This document shows, piece by piece, positions 59,897-64,000 of a DNA stretch of 64,000 nt. The DNA is taken from the NCBI RefSeq assembly GCF_009914755.1, contig NC_060936.1; one strand, given 5' to 3'. The stretch comes from the human T2T-CHM13v2.0 reference genome, Homo sapiens. Position 1 is the stretch's first letter; every line of letters starts with the position of its first letter. The position numbers and the translations under genes were made by a program. Under the pieces are notes generated by a model, which saw nothing but the letters and a program-made list of their open reading frames with translations, was not told the origin of the DNA and ran no database searches.

Positions 59897-60050
59897 TATG
59901 AGAGATCTTCTTAGTTCTTGCTTTTGTTTTGTAAGAAAAATGAGCTAGGTTAGCAGTGTCCGTTTTCTGTTTTTAGAAAATAAGATGTCTGAGATGTTAG
60001 AATCTTCACATATAATTTGTCCTACCCCACAGTCAGCAATTTCATATCTA
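59897..60050 (-). pseudogene. Pseudo-exon ending in phase 0 (YEIADCGVGQIICEDSNISDILFSKNRKRTLLT*LIFLTKQKQELRRSLI); acceptor uncertain
   Basis: ata|gtaaat donor; frame of ORF 59945-60154 continues through one TAG to the donor. Confidence 0.6.
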
Positions 60051-60149
60051 CTGCTCACAGTATGCCCAATCAGAGCACAGACAGGTGTGTGATGGTGGCT
60101 TCTCAGTAGGAATTTACATTTAAGGGCGCTTGTCTTCATTGGTTTGTTT

Positions 60150-61050
60150 GCCATTCATTCATTCATTCATTCATTCATTCAACAAGCACCCACTGCATAC
60201 CAGCACTGTTGTAGGGATGTTTATCCTGGGTGAGTGTGAGAATCGCCTTACTCTTCAGGTGCCTCCACAGTTCTCTGCTGATTTCTTTAGTGATGATTTG
60301 CTGACACTATGCACAGTGGTAGAGGTGGCTTTAGCAGATATTGGAAGGGTGCCCCAGAAGAAGTGAGTGACATTTGAGCCAAAACCTAAGTGATGATCAA
60401 GGGGAAGACTGGTTCAAGCAGAGGGGCCTGTAAAGCCAGGGCTGTAAGGTGGGCATGTGAGATAGGGAGAGGAAGCCGCTGAGGTAGGAGTCTAGCGAAC
60501 AGGGTGAGAAGGGGTAGGAGATGAGACTGGGCAGGCTGGCAGTGTCTTCAACTCTGGCTGCACTTTGCAGCCATTGAGGTGGCTCAGGCCATATCACAGA
60601 CCAATTCAATCAGAATCTCTGTGGACCCAGACATCAGCATTTTAAAAAAATTCTCCAGGTGACTCTAATGTGAGTTTAGATTTGGTCTGATTACACTGGG
60701 AAGCTTTGGAAGAGAATGATAGACTCAGCTTTTCATTCTTTAAAAGGTTGCTTTGAGGCTGTGTGTAGTGTGAAGGGTACACGGGGGAGAAGGGGAAAGG
60801 GTGTCTTCAGGAGGACCAGTTAGGAGGCTCTAGTGGTGGTTTGAGTGAGAGATGATGATGGTGGCTTAAACAAGGCTGGCAGTGAGGACAACTGGGAGAA
60901 GTGGTCACTTTCAGGAAGTGAGGAATGAGATTAAGAGAGAAATCAAGGATGACTCGTTGTTTGGGGACCAGAACAATTGGGTGGGTGGAGTGGCCATTTA
61001 TAGAATTAGGGACGACGAAAGGAAGGTGGTACAGGTGGGAGGAGGATCTG
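60150..61050. mobile_element. L2 remnants with a small MER5-like insert (~60538-60680)
   Basis: (CATT)n L2 end; gaaatcaaggatgactc; aatcagaatctctg...ccaggtgactctaatgtg. Confidence 0.6.
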
Positions 61051-61135
61051 CAGACCTGGGATGTCATCTCATTCCCATTATCCTGGGCTCCTAGAAGACA
61101 CAGCTCACACTTCCTACAACTCTTTAAGTTCATAC

Positions 61136-61468
61136 CTCTATTATAGCACTAGTAGGCTGCACATTGCCTAATATGGACTCTCTGCCTTATTTTCAGCAAA
61201 ATTCACTGTGTGACCAAATTGGTATTATGAGCACTAGTTTCATTTCATGACAAATAGGAATAGAGAGAAAATTCTCAATAATTTTCCCAGCTTTAATTCT
61301 CTGTTGCTCAGCATGCTTTGAGCCCTGATGGATTTCTTTGGATTTTTCAGAAGAATCCTGCCTATGCTTTAATATAAAGGAGGATGAATACGGCAGATTC
61401 AGAAAATTGTGGTGTCAAAGGATGAGCTTTGCTTTCCTGCCATCTTCTGTGCTTTGTTTCCTTCCAAC
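61136..61468 (-). pseudogene. Candidate upstream pseudo-exon, 333 nt, frame ambiguous; contains AAGATGG (ATG 61443-61441)
   Basis: tatttcctttaag acceptor, gag|gtatga donor. Confidence 0.4.
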
Positions 61469-64000
61469 CTTAAAGGAAATACTACCCTACTTCAATAAAA
61501 AACTAAAACAAAGATTCAACTCAGCAGAAGGAAGAGCCCAATAAGCTTAAAATAAATTTGCAAAGGCTAATAACTGGAAACCTTTTTTAAGCTAAATAAA
61601 AGCCTTGTGTTTAAAGTGATAGTCTGCCTTTTCTGGTCTGCATCATGATAGCTTCTAAATAAAGAAAACGGGCCGATGTTGTGAGTAATTGCAGCTGCTA
61701 CTCTGGGGGTTACATCAGGCAAGTGATTTGTCAATAAGAATTTATTGTCTTCATTTCTGGGATGAGGCTGAGGGCAATAAGGAATTCAGAAGGCTGCTTC
61801 CTTGTCTTTAAGGGGTTTGTAGTCCATTGGAGAGATATGTCTGGCTTTCTTGAACCAGTTAACAAACAGTTACATTAGATGTAATTGGAAGCTAACTTAT
61901 AGAGATGAGGGCAGTAGACATTAAAAGAAAGGAGAGGTCAGGCAGGAAAAGCCATGAGGTCAGTAAAGGCCTCATGGGCAATAGGGCTTGCCTGGCAAAT
62001 ATTTGGCTGAGGCAAGTTGGAAGTTGAGCTGGACCTTAAATGATATAGAGACCTTTATTTACCGTTATGTGCTAATAGTTAAAATTTACTTATTTGGGAC
62101 TGCTAACATATGCTCAAGTTAAAAATGCCAAAGGTCTCCTTTCTATTCCTGCCCCCAGTCCCTCAGTTTCCCTTTCCAGAAGCAGTGCTATGACTCCTTT
62201 CCTACAAACCCTTCCAGATACAGTATCATACTTTTTTTTTTTACATATATAGCATTTCTTATTTTTTTATTTGTAAAATTTATCCTTTTCCAAGTGCTAA
62301 AACAGTAAAGAACAGGTAAGCTAAATAAAACAAAAACAAGTCAACTTCCCTGTGGGGAGGCTAGAACAGTGCTGGTCTCATTGACTAGTGGGGAGCAGTA
62401 CATGAATGAGGTTTGCTTTTCCTAAGATATTTGCCTTCTCATTGATTGGAGTATTGGTGGCTAAAACGTAAGCAACTCTGAACCCTCTAGCACTTACAGA
62501 ATGGTGATAATATTGTGTTGAGTGCTATACTATGCTAGAACTTCACATCTGTTTTCTCACATCTCTGTAAGGTGAGCCTTTCCCTCCCTTGACAGATGAC
62601 GAGGCTGGAACTCAGGCTAAGTTAGCCTGTTGTAGGCCAGACAGCAAATAGGAGGTAGAGCTGACTTCTGACCTGACCTTTTCCTACCATATTATGCTAC
62701 CCCTCTGGATCTAAAGCTCTTGGTTCTGTATTTCTAGTATCATTGTTGCTGTTTTCTTTTATGGCTTTACATACTGAGTCCTTGGTATGAACTTGGGGTG
62801 ACCCAAGAGAAAAAAGTGAGTGGAAACTAACTTCCTCTCTATTAAAAAAAAAATCTGCTCAAAGGAGAAGGGCAAATTCACAGCTCAGTTTCAGGGGGCT
62901 GCAAGTCAAGTCAATATTTTCTTCTTTTTTTTTTTCATGTGGATAAACTGCCTCCCTCATTTTGAGTTTTCGAATCTGAAATAATGAGAGTCTAATGAAT
63001 AACAAATATATACCTCTTTTTCTTCTTTTAATTCTTATTAGCATTTTGGATTCAAGTCTAGAAATTCCTCTTCATTTTTTTTTCTTTTTTGTCTAACATT
63101 TCTTTTGAATAAAGAGTATTACCTACTTTTAAATGCAAAAAATGGAAAATTGGGAAGACATTGTCTTCTTGCTTTTCGCAGAGGCAACATTTTTATTAGT
63201 GTGCATATGTGTAAGTTTGGCCCCAGGCTGTGCTCACAATCCCCAAGCCCCTGGCAGAAGGGGACTCCAGGGTCCCCCCATCTCAGGGATGACATGTGGG
63301 TCAGTATAGTGTCAGGATGGTGATGATCCACTGGCTCTGAAACCACAGAAATGTTCATCAGTGTCTGCTGCCGCCTACCTGTGGCCTTCTTGTTAAATGA
63401 GAGAAATAAACCCGATTTCTTTTGGTTATTCTATCATTCCTGCAGCCCAGAAACAAAGAGAGGGTATGACTGGTTCAGGGAATTTTATTCAGTCTGGTGG
63501 GCAGACAGAATGTGAAGAGCCAGCCAGGGTCCCAAGATGATGCTGGAGCCATTAGCACGGCTTACATTTTCAAAGGTCTTGTAAATCACATTATGGTTTT
63601 AGGATGTTTTTCCTGGGCAGTTATTTTAATCAGGGGATCAGACATGATCAACTTTTTTTTTTTTTTTTTTTTGCTTAAGAACGATCACTCTGGCTGCTCT
63701 GTGAGCAGTGAATTGGAAGTAACAAGACTAGGGGCAGGGAGACCTGTTTGGAGGCTATCGCACTAACCCTGGTGAGAGGTGGCCATGGCAGAGTTGCTGG
63801 AGGGAAGGGGGAGAATTCTAGAAATGTTTAGGGATACAAGAGAACAGGGCTTGATGTGGGAGATGAGAGAGAAGGAGGACTTTAGGGTAACTTCAACATT
63901 TCTTGTTTGTGCAGCTGGTTGGTTGGTGGCGCTTTTTGGTTGACAAAGGGTATACAGAGGATGATTTCTTAGTCCTCTTATTGATAGATTTTAATACAAT

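Noticed and set aside
60252-60300. Minus-strand exon-like segment (QIITKEISRELWRHLK, gtaagg donor)
   Set aside because: Embedded in L2-like sequence, weak acceptor, and phase does not clearly join the next exon; left out of the model.
62295-62315. Possible + strand 21-nt micro-exon (ttttccaag|...cag|gtaagc)
   Set aside because: Single isolated match, apparently within old repeat-derived sequence; no supporting context.

Overview
Primate (human-like) genomic DNA with no intact protein-coding gene. It is dense in Alu, L1, L2/MIR, MLT1, THE1, LTR8 and MER elements, and most ORFs in the supplied track are repeat-derived or chance. A CpG island at ~41.75-42.4 kb has a + strand splice donor and looks like an alternative first exon or promoter of an unidentified + strand host gene. 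Main result: reading the minus strand by hand gives a chain of ~22 exon-like segments from ~61.5 kb down to ~26.5 kb, mostly AG/GT-bounded. Their intron phases mostly join into one reading frame of ~1,000 codons, broken by ~22 stops, a few frameshifts and dead splice sites. This is an old, intron-containing (unprocessed, possibly unitary) pseudogene. Its N-terminal exons align by eye with the hyccin/FAM126 (HYCC) domain, the TTC7-binding subunit of the PI4KA complex, suggesting a lost, highly divergent hyccin-like paralogue with a long unrelated C-terminus. All translations, counts and family calls were made manually, and the homology needs profile or structure confirmation.
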